Positions 1-13,697 of a stretch of 64,000 bases of DNA are shown in pieces (position 1 is the first letter of the stretch; each line of letters starts with the position of its first letter). A model generated the notes under the pieces. That model was not told the DNA's origin and ran no database searches. It saw nothing but the letters and a program-made list of their open reading frames with translations. This DNA is from Azolla caroliniana. Lineage: Eukaryota; Plantae; Polypodiophyta. The position numbers and the translations under genes were made by a program. Location: assembly GCA_043228905.1 (NCBI GenBank), contig JBHGNT010000017.1:6634001-6698000 (forward strand), in the 5' to 3' direction.

Positions 1-1011
1 GGAATCAGTGTAGCCTTCGACTTCGACTTCGGCAAACCGGAACTGGAACCAGCCGGAGCAAGCAAAATCGAAAACCGGCCGGTAATCAAAACCGGAATCT
101 GGAAACCGGCCGGTAAGCAAAACCGGAACCACAGCCGACAAGCAAACTGGAACCGGAACCGGTCGGCAAGCAAAATGGAACTGGCCGGCGAGGGATTCGG
201 CGATTGGGCGGAACCGGCTACCGAACGAGGTTGGACGCAGACGGACGGAAGATTGGATCATGCAACAAACTAAAGTAAAGTGAAGAGAACTAAAGTAAAG
301 GCCATGTGGACGCAAGCAACTAAAGTTGGAGTGCATGCAATAAGTAAAGGTCATGTGGACGGTCACATGCAACTAAACGAAAAAGTCATGCAACTAAAAG
401 AAAAAGCTAAGCAACTAAAAGTAGAGGCCATGCAACGAAAAGTGGACATGCAGATGATCAAGGGAGAACTCCATATAAAATTCCATTTTTTTTTCCTACA
501 CTCGGGCTCTGTCCATATATTATATTGTTTTTCTTTTCCTTCTAGGCTCCCCTATCTTATCGAAGCCATATCTCTCAAGAAAACCCTAATTTTCTTATCG
601 AAGCCATATCTCTCAAGTAAACCCTAATTTCCTTACGGAAGCCATATCTCTCAAGTAAACCCTAATTTCCTTACAGAAGCCATATCTTACTCATAACCCT
701 AAATTTCCATACGGAAGTTATTCAACTCATAAAACCATAATCTCTTATCAAAACCAAAAACCCTAATTTTCTAGAGAATTCATATCTTAATTTCCTCTAA
801 TCTATTACTCTAGCCATCTCCATTAGCAAACTTTTTGTAATCCCAATCTTGGGATTAATTGTAATCTTTCTTTCTACTTGTTAATGAAATTTGTTAAGCT
901 TTCTCATTTCGGTTAATTCTTAGTACATAATACACGAATTTGATATCCTCTAGTCAAAGGCCCCGAGGTCTTGCCTCAACGTTCACGTATCCTCGTCGTA
1001 TTTTCGCGACA
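1..1011 (+). mobile_element. Long LTR-like repeat, copy 1 (5' part outside window)
   Basis: Degenerate ~23-bp tandem units (gcaaaaccggaaccggccggtaa), then a TATA-like catataaaa near 472, aaaccctaat repeats and a U5-like tgtaat/aatgaaa stretch. It ends in ttttcgcgaCA and is colinear with 2960-4064. Confidence 0.55.
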
Positions 1012-1216
1012 GCAGGACCATGGGGGTCTTGGACTAGGGAGTTCAAAGGGGAGAGGAGTATAAAGGTTCACCTTGGATGGAGAACCCTTGAACTGTCAAA
1101 GGCTCGTTGAGCTTTTTTCATTGAGCTTTAGGTCGTCAAGCTTTCGCTCGCCGACCTTTGCATTGTCGACCTTTGCCTTCTCCGCTTTGTTGCCACATTC
1201 ACATTTAATGAATTTA

Positions 1217-1256
1217 ACACGTTTGCGTTCAGAAGTGGAAGGATCGGGCATTCCAT
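1217..1256 (+). mobile_element. Orphan left TIR of the TA-target TIR family seen at 14115-16397
   Basis: TA|ACACGTTTGCGTTCAGAAGTGGAAGGATCGGGCATTCCA matches both termini of 14115-16397. No partner TIR was found. Confidence 0.6.
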
Positions 1257-2959
1257 AATTAGATTCCTTTCATAAATGTGCAATTTTAGGCAATATATAG
1301 AAACTTGATACACCAATATCACATGTTCTTCAACCCATATAGAACCCGATAAATTATTAAAATTTAACAATTACAATACTCGAAATAGGTATATTTTTGC
1401 TAATTTCTAAAGTTGATTATCTCTAAGACAAACTTTAATTAAATTCTAGAATATGTAAATGGTTGTCTCACTTGACGTATTGATATAGTTTCAAACCTCT
1501 AATACTAAATTTAGAAAGTTTTTTGAAAACTTAGTGTGATCTCAAGCAATGGATCTCCAGGTTTAACCATCAGGACGAGGTGTAGGTTATAGAAGTGGAA
1601 GTGACATCCATAGTTTGTGATTTATGTTTTTTTCTTTTTTTCAAAATGAAGCTACTTTCCCATTAGTTAGGACGGAATTGTGATTTATGTTTTACACAGT
1701 AAGGATGTAATACGTATAACAAATGAAAAGTCAATGCATCTCAAACTTATGGATGATAAAGACAAAAATTTCATCTAAAATATCATGACACTCTTGGACA
1801 CTCATGACAATTTCGTAATTAAAATCATTCAAACAATAAAGCTAAGATAAAAACCTTAAATGTAACATCCCAAAAGTAATGTTATATAAAAAAAGGATAA
1901 AGTGTAGCAACAAGTGAAAACAATCAAGGTTAAAACATAATCTAACATTCCAAATGTAAGGTGTCTCTTAAATGTAAACATTAATTATATACAACAAAAA
2001 GCTTAATATTCGGTTCAAACAATTGTTTATTCAATATTCATAAACTTTTGTGAGCTCCAAAGAAAAGAGAGAAACTTAATAACTAGATCAATTGAACATT
2101 TGATTAAAATGGTAAATATGTAAGAACATGAAACTTAAATTACATTGTTCACTTATTAACATCCCAACGTAATGTGGTCCCTTTTCTAAAGGATAATACG
2201 TTTGGTATTAATACCACATTTGCGAAGGAATAAATAATTACAACCTTACAATAATCCAATTGCTTGGATAACAAAACTTTAATTATAATGTTTGGGATAA
2301 AAAACAAAATTGTCATATAAATTACAATTCATTACATGCCTATAAGATTATCTTCATCATTCTCTTTATCTTCCTTTTGAGAGTTGTCATCAAATTTTTG
2401 TGCATCGACATCCACTCCAGATAGGCTAGCTACTGTGGGGTCCTCGAGAAGCTCATTATCCAGTTCTATAAGCTCCCTAGGTTCACCAGGGAAGGGAGGA
2501 ATAGGCTCACGAGGGGCAGTTTGAATCCTCTCTGTATTTGCGATATGCTTTGCCCCTACCTCCTCGTCTTGATTTGGGCACTCCCATCAGGATTGTCCAC
2601 TTGGTCCATACTATAAAAGACCACTATTCTCCACAAACTCGTTGTCATGTGAATCTTCACACACTATGTAAAAAATAATGAAAAATTTATTTTAGATTAG
2701 ATTAGTAGCTTGTTATAGAAATATGGATGTCCTCAAGAGCTTCAAAACATATTTTACTACATACAAAATAGAGAACTACATATCAAGTTAGGTGGAGATG
2801 AAGCTTGAGAAGATAGAGAAAATACAATTTTGAGGTATCCCACATAGATAGGAAATTTAAGGCCCTGGCTATATAAGCACATTGAGATCCCTCATTTTCA
2901 TTTGTGCTAAAAACACTTTGGCCACCTTGTCTTGATGGATGATGGTGGCCAAGTTCCCA

Positions 2960-4064
2960 AAAACCGGAAACTGGCCAGTAAGCAAAACCGGAACCGGTTG
3001 GTAAGCGATCCAGAACCGATTGGTAAGCGATCCAGAACCGGCCGGTAAGCAAACCGGAATCGAGCGGAAAGCAATCCGGAACCGACCGGTAGCAATCCGG
3101 AACTGGCCATTAAGCAATCCGGAACCGGGCGGAAAGCAAACTAGAACTGGTCAATAAGCAAACTGGAACCGGTTGGGAAGCAAATCGAAATCGGCTGGTA
3201 AGCAATCCAGAATTGGTCGGTAAGCAAATCAGAACCGGTCAGTAAGCAAATCGGAACCGACGAAATCGGCAATTGGATAGTGTTGGAGACCGGGCGGATC
3301 CGACAACCGGCGACGATCGAGACGAACAGATGATAGGATCATGTGGCTAATTAAAGTGAAGTGGAGAAAACTAAAGTAAAGGTCGTGTGAACGGTCGCAT
3401 GCAACTAAAAGAAAAAGGCGTGCAACTAAAAATAGATGTAAATAAAAGGAAATGCCAGGCAACTAAAAGAAAAAGCTATGCAACTAAAATTAGAGGCCAT
3501 GCAACAAAAAGTGGAGATGCATATGATCAACGGGAGAACTCAATATAATTTTCCATTTTTTTTTTTACTCATACTCTCTCTCCATAATTTTTCTTTTCTT
3601 TTCCTTCTCAGCTCTCTTATCTTATCGAAGCCACAACACTCATAAACCATAATTTTCCATACGGAAGCAAGATCACGCATAAACCCTAATTTTCCATACA
3701 GAAGCCAAAAACCCTAATTTTCCCTACAGAAGCCATAACACTCAAAAACCCTAATTTTCCCTATGGAAGCGATATCTCTCAAAATCTAAAATCTCTTATC
3801 AAAGCCAAAAACCCTAAATTTCTATTGAATCCATATTTAGTTTCTTCTAATCTATTATTCTAGTAATCTCCTTAAGATAAAACTTTTGTAATCCCAATCT
3901 TGGGATTGATTGTAATTTTTCTTTTCTATTTATTAATGAAATTTGTCAATGTTGCTCATTTTCCATTAATTGTTTAATATAAACATACGAATTTGATATC
4001 TTCCAGTCGGAGGCCCCGGGGTCTTGCCTCAAAGTTCACGTATCCTCGTCGTATTTTCGCGACA
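2960..4064 (+). mobile_element. Long LTR-like repeat, copy 2 (apparently 5'-truncated)
   Basis: Same module order as 1-1011, with a tandem aaccgg array at ~2960-3270 and the same 3' terminus cgtatcctcgtcgtattttcgcgaca. Confidence 0.55.
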
Positions 4065-4312
4065 TCGTTGTGGTCAACTCCGTGAAATCCTTCACCATTT
4101 GTTTCGTTGTGGTCATACGAAGATCCAACCATACCAAAACCATATGGAATACAATGAGTAACGTGTACTCCGTCGGCAGCTTCTGGATCATGTCTGCCAC
4201 ATCACCGCTGTTGTGCCTTTCGGTGCCAGATCATTGCATGAGTGGGTGGAAACTGCTGAGGTTATGGACTAGGACGAGGAGAATTTTAAGGCTAATAAGA
4301 ATACGAATAGGT

Positions 4313-4937
4313 TGTAAGAAAGAGATGTAGAAAACCTCACGAATTTCACGAGTGTATTATATTAGATTAATCAACCCTTAGAACCCTAATAGTAGATTGG
4401 AATAGATAGATTGAAAAATCGTGAATCACATGAGTATAGTATATTAGATAAATATTTAGAAAACCTAATAAAACCCAAGAATCTGAAGAGAATAGACGCG
4501 GAATATTGCTCGGCCACAACCGAGCCTTGAATCACAGGAATGGGAATGACCCACAAAAATGGGAAGTGGAGAGTACACAAAGGAAATACACAAGATGCTT
4601 ACGTGGAAAACCCGAAATAAGGAAAAAAACCATGGGAGCCCATAGACTCCAACTATTACTATAGGAGAAAGGTACAATCAGAGCCTCAAAGGAAACGACC
4701 TCGAGCTTTGTATCTTCGCCAACCGACAGTTACAACCGAGTATCTCTCTGTATCTCACACTCTCCCCCTCTCTCTCTCTGTACAACAGTTACATCGATAT
4801 AAACAACAACACTCTCACACACTTTCTATAGCGATTTCCCTAAGTCATATTTATACTTATATGAACTTAGGGCTATTTACAAATATAGACTCAATAGGCT
4901 TAATGGAACAGGAATCAGTCATTCAAACAATTAGACA
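4313..4937 (-). mobile_element. Copia-type LTR fragment (boundaries approximate)
   Basis: The minus strand reads ggtttttttccttatttcgggttttccacgtaagcatcttgtgtatt, resembling the U5 of the Copia LTR at ~29865-29915. No TSD found. Confidence 0.35.
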
Positions 4938-5139
4938 TGCAATATAGCCAGCAAGGGAGCTAGTGTCATCAATTATGTCTGGTCAAATATGATGCTGTGA
5001 ATATGTTACAAAATTTGGATGAACTCATGATATATGGAAGTCACTATTATGCATTCCTCAGATATGTCTAGTAGGATGAAGTGGAAAAATATAATTACTT
5101 ACACTTAACACATTATAGGAATCCCTCATGCACCACCAC

Positions 5140-7100
5140 ATTGCCTATCCCAAAAAGGTATGGTGAGTAATCAATGACTAGCAGATGAAAGTAAAGGGAC
5201 ACTGCTCAGCTGAGATCTTGATCTATGCAGAACAATTTTATGTGAAGGACGAAAGATCCATGGCCAACGTGTTTCCCTTAATGCTCAAGGAAGCTTTTGA
5301 ATATGAGTTAATGAAAAGAATGAAAAAACTTCAGAATGGCAAGGCTCCAGTACACTTCGCCGTTGCTCAGAAATGCTAAATAGAGTGGTCCAATGGATAA
5401 AGAATGGACAGTTGGATTATTAAATCAGCCAACATCACCAGGCCTTCCTCAAGATTGATAAGTTGACACGGTACAAAGAATAGGAATAGAAATTAGCTCA
5501 CCAACTATAGCATGATTTTGGTGGGATCCTCTATTGCTAAAGTTTTAGGCAGTACTAATGAACATCAAGACAATGAATAGGCTAAAAGACACAGCAAGAG
5601 ATCTTTGAGACAAGAAGTTTTCCAGCCAAGACACCGCACTATTTGGTCTGCAGGTATAATGAAGGAGAGTTGGCTTAGAGAACAACAATTGAACTGTTAT
5701 TTTGTCGATTTCAAGAGGCTTTCAACATAATCCCAATGGCAAAGTTAAGAGAGTTTCGAAAGAACGGTTATACCAGAATGCATGAAAGCAGGAGAGCAAC
5801 AGTGGTGCAATTATACCAGCAAGCAAGATGCAGGTTGAAAACAAACAAAGGACTTCTGCACAGTTCATGAGCATCAAGGAAGTGAAACAAGGATGCCCAC
5901 AATCACCTACTCTATTCAGTCTAATATCTATGTATTGACCAACTAGAAGAGTTAATCAAGGAAGCTTTAGGAGAACTTGAAGAAAACCAAGCCATTGGAC
6001 ATTTCGTATTATTGCTTGTAATTTATGCAGGCAATGTATTTTCGGCATATTCTCAGCTGAGATAGCAAAAGCCTTATGGAACATAGTTGCCTAGCAGTCA
6101 CATGGCTAGGAACAAATTCAAGGTGGTAAGCACCGTCAAATCTGAAAGTCAGTATCCAGTACTGCACTGTACTACGAAGAGGAAGCAAATGGAGTGGTTC
6201 ACAGTTCCAAATACATTGGAGTTGACATACCTAGCCAACACAATTGAAACAGGTGTCTAAATAGGAGGATGGAAGCCGGCATAACCCAATACTCTGAACA
6301 TGAGACATATGCCACTTGAACACAACACAAACATGAGAAATTAGGGCAGAAGCATTTGATGTACACGAGATGCAAACTATGGTTTATGGAGCTGAGAATT
6401 GGCCCAGCAGTATTTCAGCAAGCCCATGGAATAATAAAGAGAAAATACAAATGAAATTTCTACACCTTAATTTGCAGTTAAGAACACAACCCCATATTTT
6501 GTAATGCTTCAAGAAACTGACGGAAGGCTAATAGATTTGTATGTTCTTCAATTAAATGACACGCATATTTTGAAGCAAGAACAATGCCTCAAAATAAGCT
6601 CCCCAAACCCACAAGGAAAGTGAATGCACTTACCACAGAAAAACCACAGAATATAATTTCTTCACTAGCTGGGTCCAACATATGGAAATGATTTGCAAGA
6701 TGAGATATTGAAGAATATCTAGATGTGCACATAGAAGAAAAGAAAGGGACAGAAAGAGACAGGAGAACATGAGTTCATAATTTACTCAGCCACATTAAGG
6801 TCCTCCACATGAAATGGAAAACATTCACACAGAGATCTATATTTGGGTAATATCGCAGCTGCATAATAATCAATATTGAAAACGATACCAATGGTGACAA
6901 ACCAATGCCTAAGTTCACATGGATACCATGTCTAAGAGCGTGAGACAGGTAATGATGCACACATGCTCACGCACATCCAAAATGGGGAATGAAGGTGGCT
7001 GAATATTGAGCAGAGAAAGAGAATATCTTATCTCAGTTGCCACGATGTCCCAGAAACATAAGAACATGTCGCTTTGGTATCCCCTCACTATGAGCCAAAC
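5140..7100 (+). mobile_element. Decayed non-LTR retrotransposon (LINE) reverse transcriptase remnant
   Basis: Eroded RT motifs occur in the expected order: FVDFKR ~5700, VKQGCPQSPTLF ~5882 (canonical GVxQGCPLSPxLF), LLVIYAGN ~6010 (YADD position) and KYIGV ~6209. Many frameshifts and stops. Confidence 0.7.
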
Positions 7101-7723
7101 TCATGGAAGACTAAAACAGTTAAATCTAGGAAACAAGCTTAGTTTTTCATTTTAACTTTTACTTTTACTTTTTCATTTGTTCTACTATTTTTATACCCCA
7201 TCCCGGCTGGGGAGCACATCCCTCTAGATGGAAATGTTTATCCTCAGCCCTTTTCTCTACAATTTTTGATAGCACGGCCTTTCTAGGTTTCCCTTAGTGT
7301 GTTTTGGTTATCTCACATCTTTTGGAGTTACTTGTTCCTATTTTTTTACTTCTTAGCAGAGAGAGAAGGGCTGTTAACAGTGTATTTGTTTTTCCATCTG
7401 CGTTGGTTTGTCACCTTGTGCTTTACCTGATTGTATCTTATTGTATATATTATAATCGACTGCCTTTAATGATAAAAGGAAAGAAAACAGAAACGTTCAA
7501 AGAATGCCTTTATGGCAAAGGAAACCAAAAGTTGATACACCAAAGCATTACAATCAGCTGAGATCGAAAGAAATGCAAACGATCTCTAATCCCTTTTGCA
7601 TGAGATTAGAAAACTGGTTTTTGAAAAATTACTTACAATTTTGAGAAAGATTAAGCAATGTTTTTGATATCAGAGAATCAGAAATATATTTTTATAAATT
7701 TCCCATAAATCTATACAACCAAC

Positions 7724-10700
7724 CTGTGACTTGGTTGGAAAACTTGTCCAGCAATTCTTTGCCTTTCTGTTGTGACAGGCTGCCCAACAAGACTGAGTGG
7801 ACCAAACATGGGCAGAAGGTTATGTTCATGTTTTTGAGTTACACTTGCCCTTCCTTCAATTACATCTTGAGCAAATGTTGGACATGTTATTGGCTGGGGA
7901 GGTCTCGTGATTTTTGCTCTCATAGCTGTATTTTTATGCCATGACTCAGCTTTAGAAGTCCTTGCATCAAGCATTTCCCTAGTCAATAATCCTTCACCAT
8001 TCTGCTACAGAAAATAATCCCTCAATACACCCATAGAAGGAGAACTAAGACCATTAACATATATATATATATATATATATATTAGTACTGCAACTCATAC
8101 CTCACTGTCTTTGACCTTCAGCAACTCTTCTTCCAATTTCAGCATGTCTACAAGATCCAGTGCCTGCATAAAGCATAAACTTCATATCTGAGGTCATAAA
8201 ACCCCTTGATACCAATTAGAAGTGAATGAAATAACTCACCTTACATAAAGACAGAGATATCTGCGACAACCATGCCTGAAACCATAGATCCAATTGTTTA
8301 AATCTGAGTATGTGGTCAAAGTAATCTTTATGATCAATTATTCAGAGATACGGCATTAGAATTCCGTGCCCTTAAGAAGTGTCTAGTATCAGATTTTCAA
8401 TGTCGAAGTGTAGGTTTCCCATCAAAATTATAATCCCAAATCAAATATTGTAAGAGCCTTGGGCTATGCATTGTTATTTGAATAAGTGTAGGAGTGAGTC
8501 AGCAATATTCCTAGCAGTGAAGAATAAATGCACATGACACATGGAAAACTTGAGATTGTTATGTATGCAATGGAATAGAGAGATCTGAGACCCTAGGATA
8601 CAGCTCAAGATGTTGAAATTGCTCGCTCATAGTCCTTTGCTCAGAACATAGCCCCATTGCACCAGGGAAATTCGAGGTTGGGATATACAGGACAGGATAG
8701 AGACGTCTCAGTCCCTGGTAAATATATCAAGCATTTGCATCTCTCAGAGTGGCACCAATCCTCTTGTGATATCCCCCTTACAGAGACTCTTTTTGAATTT
8801 GGGGTGTCTTTAATAGTTTTTCTTTACGCTGCTACCTTCTCTTCAAATGTTGCAATGTTCAATTATTTTACAGTAACCACTTAGGGAACATCAATTAATA
8901 AACTGTCTTAAGACTGTTCCTATTATGACATTGCTGACTTGGGAACCTATGAAGCAATTTTGGCAAAAGCTTGCACTATATTATAACACTAGATGGAGGA
9001 TTTCTAGTAAACTGAAACAACCTTCGATTTTATATATAATGGGAGGCTTTAATTACCTGGATGGGAACCATCTCTACATTGTTATATAAAGAATGTTGAT
9101 GCTACAATACCCATGTCTTTCTCATTCCTGTGAAAGAGATATTTGGCCTTTCTCATACAACCTAAATGCTGAATTGGTGCTGGCTACAGGAGGTAAATCT
9201 GTGGTTGCAAACCATTTTAAATCATTCATTAGAAAAGGAGAGAACATTGTTCAATTGACAAAAAATCACATTGTTTTATGAAACACACAAAGAATGTGTT
9301 AGTTCTCCTTGTTCCAAACCCCTTATCACGCACGGTAAAATGATACTGCAATAGTTCCAAGTTCTTGGAGCTGCATTCCTCACTCACATAATGATGCCTT
9401 GATATTGATCTTAAGTGTTCTACATCGTCAAAGATCTGCAACAGTATGCATACAACTGTCCCATCCATTTCATTTGACATGTTCTCGACTGCATGTCTTG
9501 CAGAAAATATGTATTGTATTAACGGGTTACTGCTCAAAATGATGGCATTGTCATTACTACCACATGTACCCCCTTAATAAATATTGCTACTCACACGTGT
9601 CATTCCTTGCATCTCCCAAGATTTTCATCATTTCACGCTCTAAAAACCCACACTGTTAACTAAGAGTTGATTGCGTACTAAAATCATCTCCTCAAATATA
9701 TGTAAGAAAGCTGGTGGTCTTCTTGTGTTTTCTCTCCTCTCAGCCTCTTCTTGATTGCTTTTATATTCAATGTTCAAACTTAATCATAATGATTTAAAAA
9801 TATTTTTAACCTCTAAAACTCTTTATGACTAGTGATACGAAGACAAAAAAATTCATATCAAGAAAAAGTACACACCTCTCTTTCATCCTCCTCAAATTCA
9901 TCACTTATGTCATCATCTTCATAATCAACTATTGAACCTTTTGCAGCTGCTCCTCTTGAACGCTCTCGTCTCTCTCTCCTTTCTCTAATGTCTTGCAGCT
10001 TTTTCTCAGCTGTTTTTGCACGCTTGAACCGTGCAATCTGACATATAAAGAAAACCATTTGACATAAAGAACAGTAGAAAAAACCGCTTGAAACATACTG
10101 AATCACACCAAAACCATAAAATAAAGTCTCACTTTTGTTGCTCGCCTCACTTCTGCTGTGATAGGAGTTGCTTCATTGAACCCTTGCATTTCTACATCTG
10201 GTAAAAGCTCTAACCTTTCACATGAAGATATGAAGGTCTGGCCATACAAAACACTGTTAATATGACTTACAAATAAAAGGGACTAACTTTAAAACAACAA
10301 ACTATTCTAGTAAAATAATCATCTTTACATGTAATTTTGCTGATCTCATTCATATAACTCATAGTACAAGAAGAAGAAAATTAAATATCAATTCTTTTAG
10401 AAAACGAATCACCTTTAAATATGATTTTGCTGACCTCAATGCTTGAAAACGATCTGAGGTTTGAACCTTTTCACTGAGCTCAGCCATAAAATATGGAACC
10501 TGTCCAGAACTAAATAATCAGTCTAAGTCTACAGAAGAATCATCAGAAGTATTTCATTTGGTTAATTTCATATTTCACATTCATAGTTAACAAGTTTCCA
10601 ATTTCCTGTTTCTTCTCTGGAAAGACCAAAAAGCACAAAGGATTATAATTTCACATATGAATTTAGGCATACAAATCCATGAGATCTAAAATTTAGATTG

Positions 10701-11481
10701 ATATTGGATGTCTAGCATCTAACCTTGTTTTCATAGTGCAAGCACATACATACACACAAGACTGTAAGGGGAAAATATGTTCTCAATGACTAAAAAGCCA
10801 ATAGGAATGATCTCCATTAACAACACATAAAATAAATTTTCTTTTGAATGTCCATATATGTGGCATTTTCTTAATTCATGCATGAAAAAGAATGGGAAAA
10901 TTGAGCTAAAAAAACACTCACCAGTAAATATTTCAGGTTACCAGTACTCACGTCATCCTTTTGCTCATTGGGAGAGAAAAGTCCAAGTTTATCTATCAAA
11001 GCTTCACATTGTGCAAGAATTTCACAGCCTTTCTTTGCTTCATCCTTCAATAATAAGACAATACAATTTGTAAGGCAGCATACACACACAAATAGTTATA
11101 TACACATACAAACACAAAGGTGTAAGCACAGGGCTCAAAGATTGTGAAATTCGGAAAAAATCTGTTTTCTCTTTAACATACACACACAAAGGTGTAAGCA
11201 CAGGGCTCAAAGATTGTGAAATGCACTCAAGTCATGCATATACATGCATGCACTCACATTAACATATTTACACCTGGTTACACACACACACACATGCATG
11301 CATGCATGCATGCATATTCTTTCCTGAGAGAAAAGCAGGGTGCGGTTGTTCAACTCACAGAGGTAATTTGCGAGTCTTCAGCACGCGAATACAGTCGTGA
11401 AGCCTTATCGAAGAGCAACTTCAAGGGAGTGAACTGAAGCTCCTCTTGGTCTTGATCTGAACCATTCTTCTGGCTATCCAT
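7724..11481 (-). CDS. TAP46: PP2A regulatory subunit TAP46 (TAP42/IGBP1/alpha4 family), 3'-partial
   Basis: In-phase GT-AG exons: 11481-11359, 11044-10922, 10499-10413, 10237-10133, 10037-9876, 8275-8240, 8163-8101 and 8004-7724. Family motifs include LGLFSPNEQKDDVSTGNLKYLLVPYF, KIARFKR, ALDLVDMLKLEEE and TTERQRIAGQVFQPSHR. A probable 5'UTR intron lies at ~11498-11594. The C-terminal exon(s) were not found. Confidence 0.93.
11112..11222. repeat. 39-bp direct duplication in TAP46 coding intron 1
   Basis: acacaaaggtgtaagcacagggctcaaagattgtgaaat occurs at 11112 and 11184. Confidence 0.8.
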
Positions 11482-11692
11482 GGCGAAAGGGTCAATCTGT
11501 TCCGGATGCCAAAACAAAATCTTGCGAATCTCTCTTTCTCTCAGAGGCAAAGAACCGTATTCAAACAGGCATAAGCTTACAGACACACACATACCTGATG
11601 AAGAATCAATGGCGATCTGCGCGCATACTCCAAATGCGTTCGTACTGTACAACCCACAGATAATATACGTATGTAGCCCCCTCTCTCTCCTG

Positions 11693-11775
11693 GTATGTAT
11701 GTATGTATGTATGTATGTATGTATGTATGTATAATGTATGTATGTATGTATGTATGTATGTATGTATGTATGTAT
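11693..11775. repeat. (GTAT)n microsatellite upstream of TAP46
   Basis: Directly visible tetranucleotide run with one interruption. Confidence 0.9.
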
Positions 11776-12418
11776 TAATATTATGATGATGATGACGATG
11801 ATATGAGGAGGTGTACATATGTATCTACGTACAGAATTCTCAAAAAATGCCCTCTATCCTCGTATTTCTTATTAATATCAAAAGTGCCCCCCATTTCTTC
11901 CTCGTAGAGCTATTATTAGTTCTTAGATCTAAGGGTCACACTAGACCCTCAACATACATAAGGAGATTGCTTTATGGAAACCCCCCCTAGCTCCTCGTCG
12001 ATTGCAATCCGTTCATCGCTACACGCCATCCATAGTTATCTACACATTGATCTTCTTGTAACTTTCGTTGTTGCAACAATCGTTCTCTTAACAACGTTCA
12101 AGTGGTAATCAGATATTTGTTGATGGTTAATCGTCAACACAATAGGTTGGTCCATGTGATGGTTGTGATAAGCAAAGTACTTCTAATACTACCCCACATT
12201 TGGCAAAGATGCATTTGGAAATCCCTATCACTAGTATAATTATTATCAACTAACATTCATCGTAGGCAATCTCCTATTTTTGAGCATTTTGTTTGGAAAT
12301 TAAATATGTAAAGGCTTTAATGTAGGAGAAAGGAATAATATCTGCCACAGAAATGTAATCATAGACATTCAATCACATGACCTCAATATGTGTTTATCAT
12401 CTTGCAGTATGTAAAATT

Positions 12419-12990
12419 TCAAAAAATATACCATGTACCTTCCTCGGTGGGCTTCCAAGGTGGAAATAACCATTTTGGCATGCCATCTACATAATCCACC
12501 AAGGGCAAATCTGACCATGATTTTTGAAAGGAAAGTCTTGGAGCTTCCACCATGTCTGAAGATCCTTCCAACTCTTCATATTGAGCTTGTATATTCGTAA
12601 TCAAATCATACAATAGAGCAGTGATTGTCTCCTTTGGTCGACTTTCTTCTCCCATGAGACCTACTTTGCATCTAGATTTCCAAATGTTCCATAGCATGAT
12701 AGAGGTTATGGTGCGCCAAATGTCACTCAGCCTATTCGAACACCAAATTTGTAAATCCCTGGTTGGTTGTACAATGCATTTATTTCTTTGCACACAAAAT
12801 GCCTTCAACCTACCCAGGTCTCCTGGTATCCAAGCTTTCTTCTCCAAACTCCACCATAGTGCAAATCCCAACAATATGGAGCATTCTAGCCTACTCACAG
12901 GATTGAAAAGTTTTGAAACCTCTATCTTAACCATAAATTTGAACACGATTATTTCTAATGATAAAATAGAGTGAGAGTTATGGCTCTATT
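12419..12990 (-). mobile_element. L1-type LINE ORF2 C-terminal remnant
   Basis: ORF 12419-12946 contains WRTITSIMLWNIWKSRC, typical of the W..W.IW..RC region at the end of plant L1 ORF2. Confidence 0.6.
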
Positions 12991-13557
12991 TAACACTATA
13001 GAAAGAGTATAATTTAGGTGGGTATGAATAATTGTGTTTACCACAATGCCAATATTTTATAAATCCCTTACATTTGTTGGAGCTTGGTTCCATATCATTG
13101 TTGGACTTAGTGGTGCTCAATAGAGCCATCAAGTGCAATGGAGCTATGAGGTTTTTGCGCAATGCCAAAACTAAACAAGGAAACTAAGCAGTGACTAGCA
13201 CAGATAAGAGAGAGTCAAGGAAATAAAGCAACAAAATCTAGTGGTAAAACTACTACACATTTATACTTTTATTATGCACTTGAACCAAGACAACCACCAA
13301 ACGGGCCTTCTTAAACCTAGCTTTTATAAGGAGAGAAAAAAGGTTCACACTAGGTCAACTAACTAGCTTTTCCACCCACTCTCAATGTGTACTATCTCCT
13401 AGCAAAGGCAAGTTGGCACAAAGAAATCTTACTAACTATGTGGATCCATCAATGAACTAGTTCCACTCCCTAAGTGAGTCTCAAGACAAGAAAGGCAAAG
13501 TGGTTCCTTGCACACTTTGTTGGTTGCATAGTATTCTACTTTCGTCAAGACAATTGT

Positions 13558-13697
13558 GCAAACCTCAAGCCTTAATCTCCATATTGCTCTCCATGTCACA
13601 CTTCATTTGTTGCAATTTTCAATTATCGCAAACCTCAAGCCTTAATCTCCATAACGCTCTCCACATCACACTTCATTTGTTGCAATTTTCAATTGTC
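13558..13697. repeat. 70-bp tandem duplication
   Basis: gcaaacctcaagccttaatctccata...tgcaattttcaatt starts at 13558 and at 13628. Confidence 0.8.

Noticed and set aside
280-627. 115-aa ORF, and the similar ORFs at 2783-3462
   Set aside because: These are translations of tandem repeats within the LTR-like element, and the frames are not preserved between the two copies.
590-770. AAACCCT units as an interstitial telomere
   Set aside because: The units are isolated within ~38-bp repeats and do not form a contiguous (CCCTAAA)n array.
8400-9560. Possible extra TAP46 exons, including ORF 9229-9537
   Set aside because: The flanking exons join in frame with no gap in the protein. The sequence looks like intronic debris, possibly LINE-derived.
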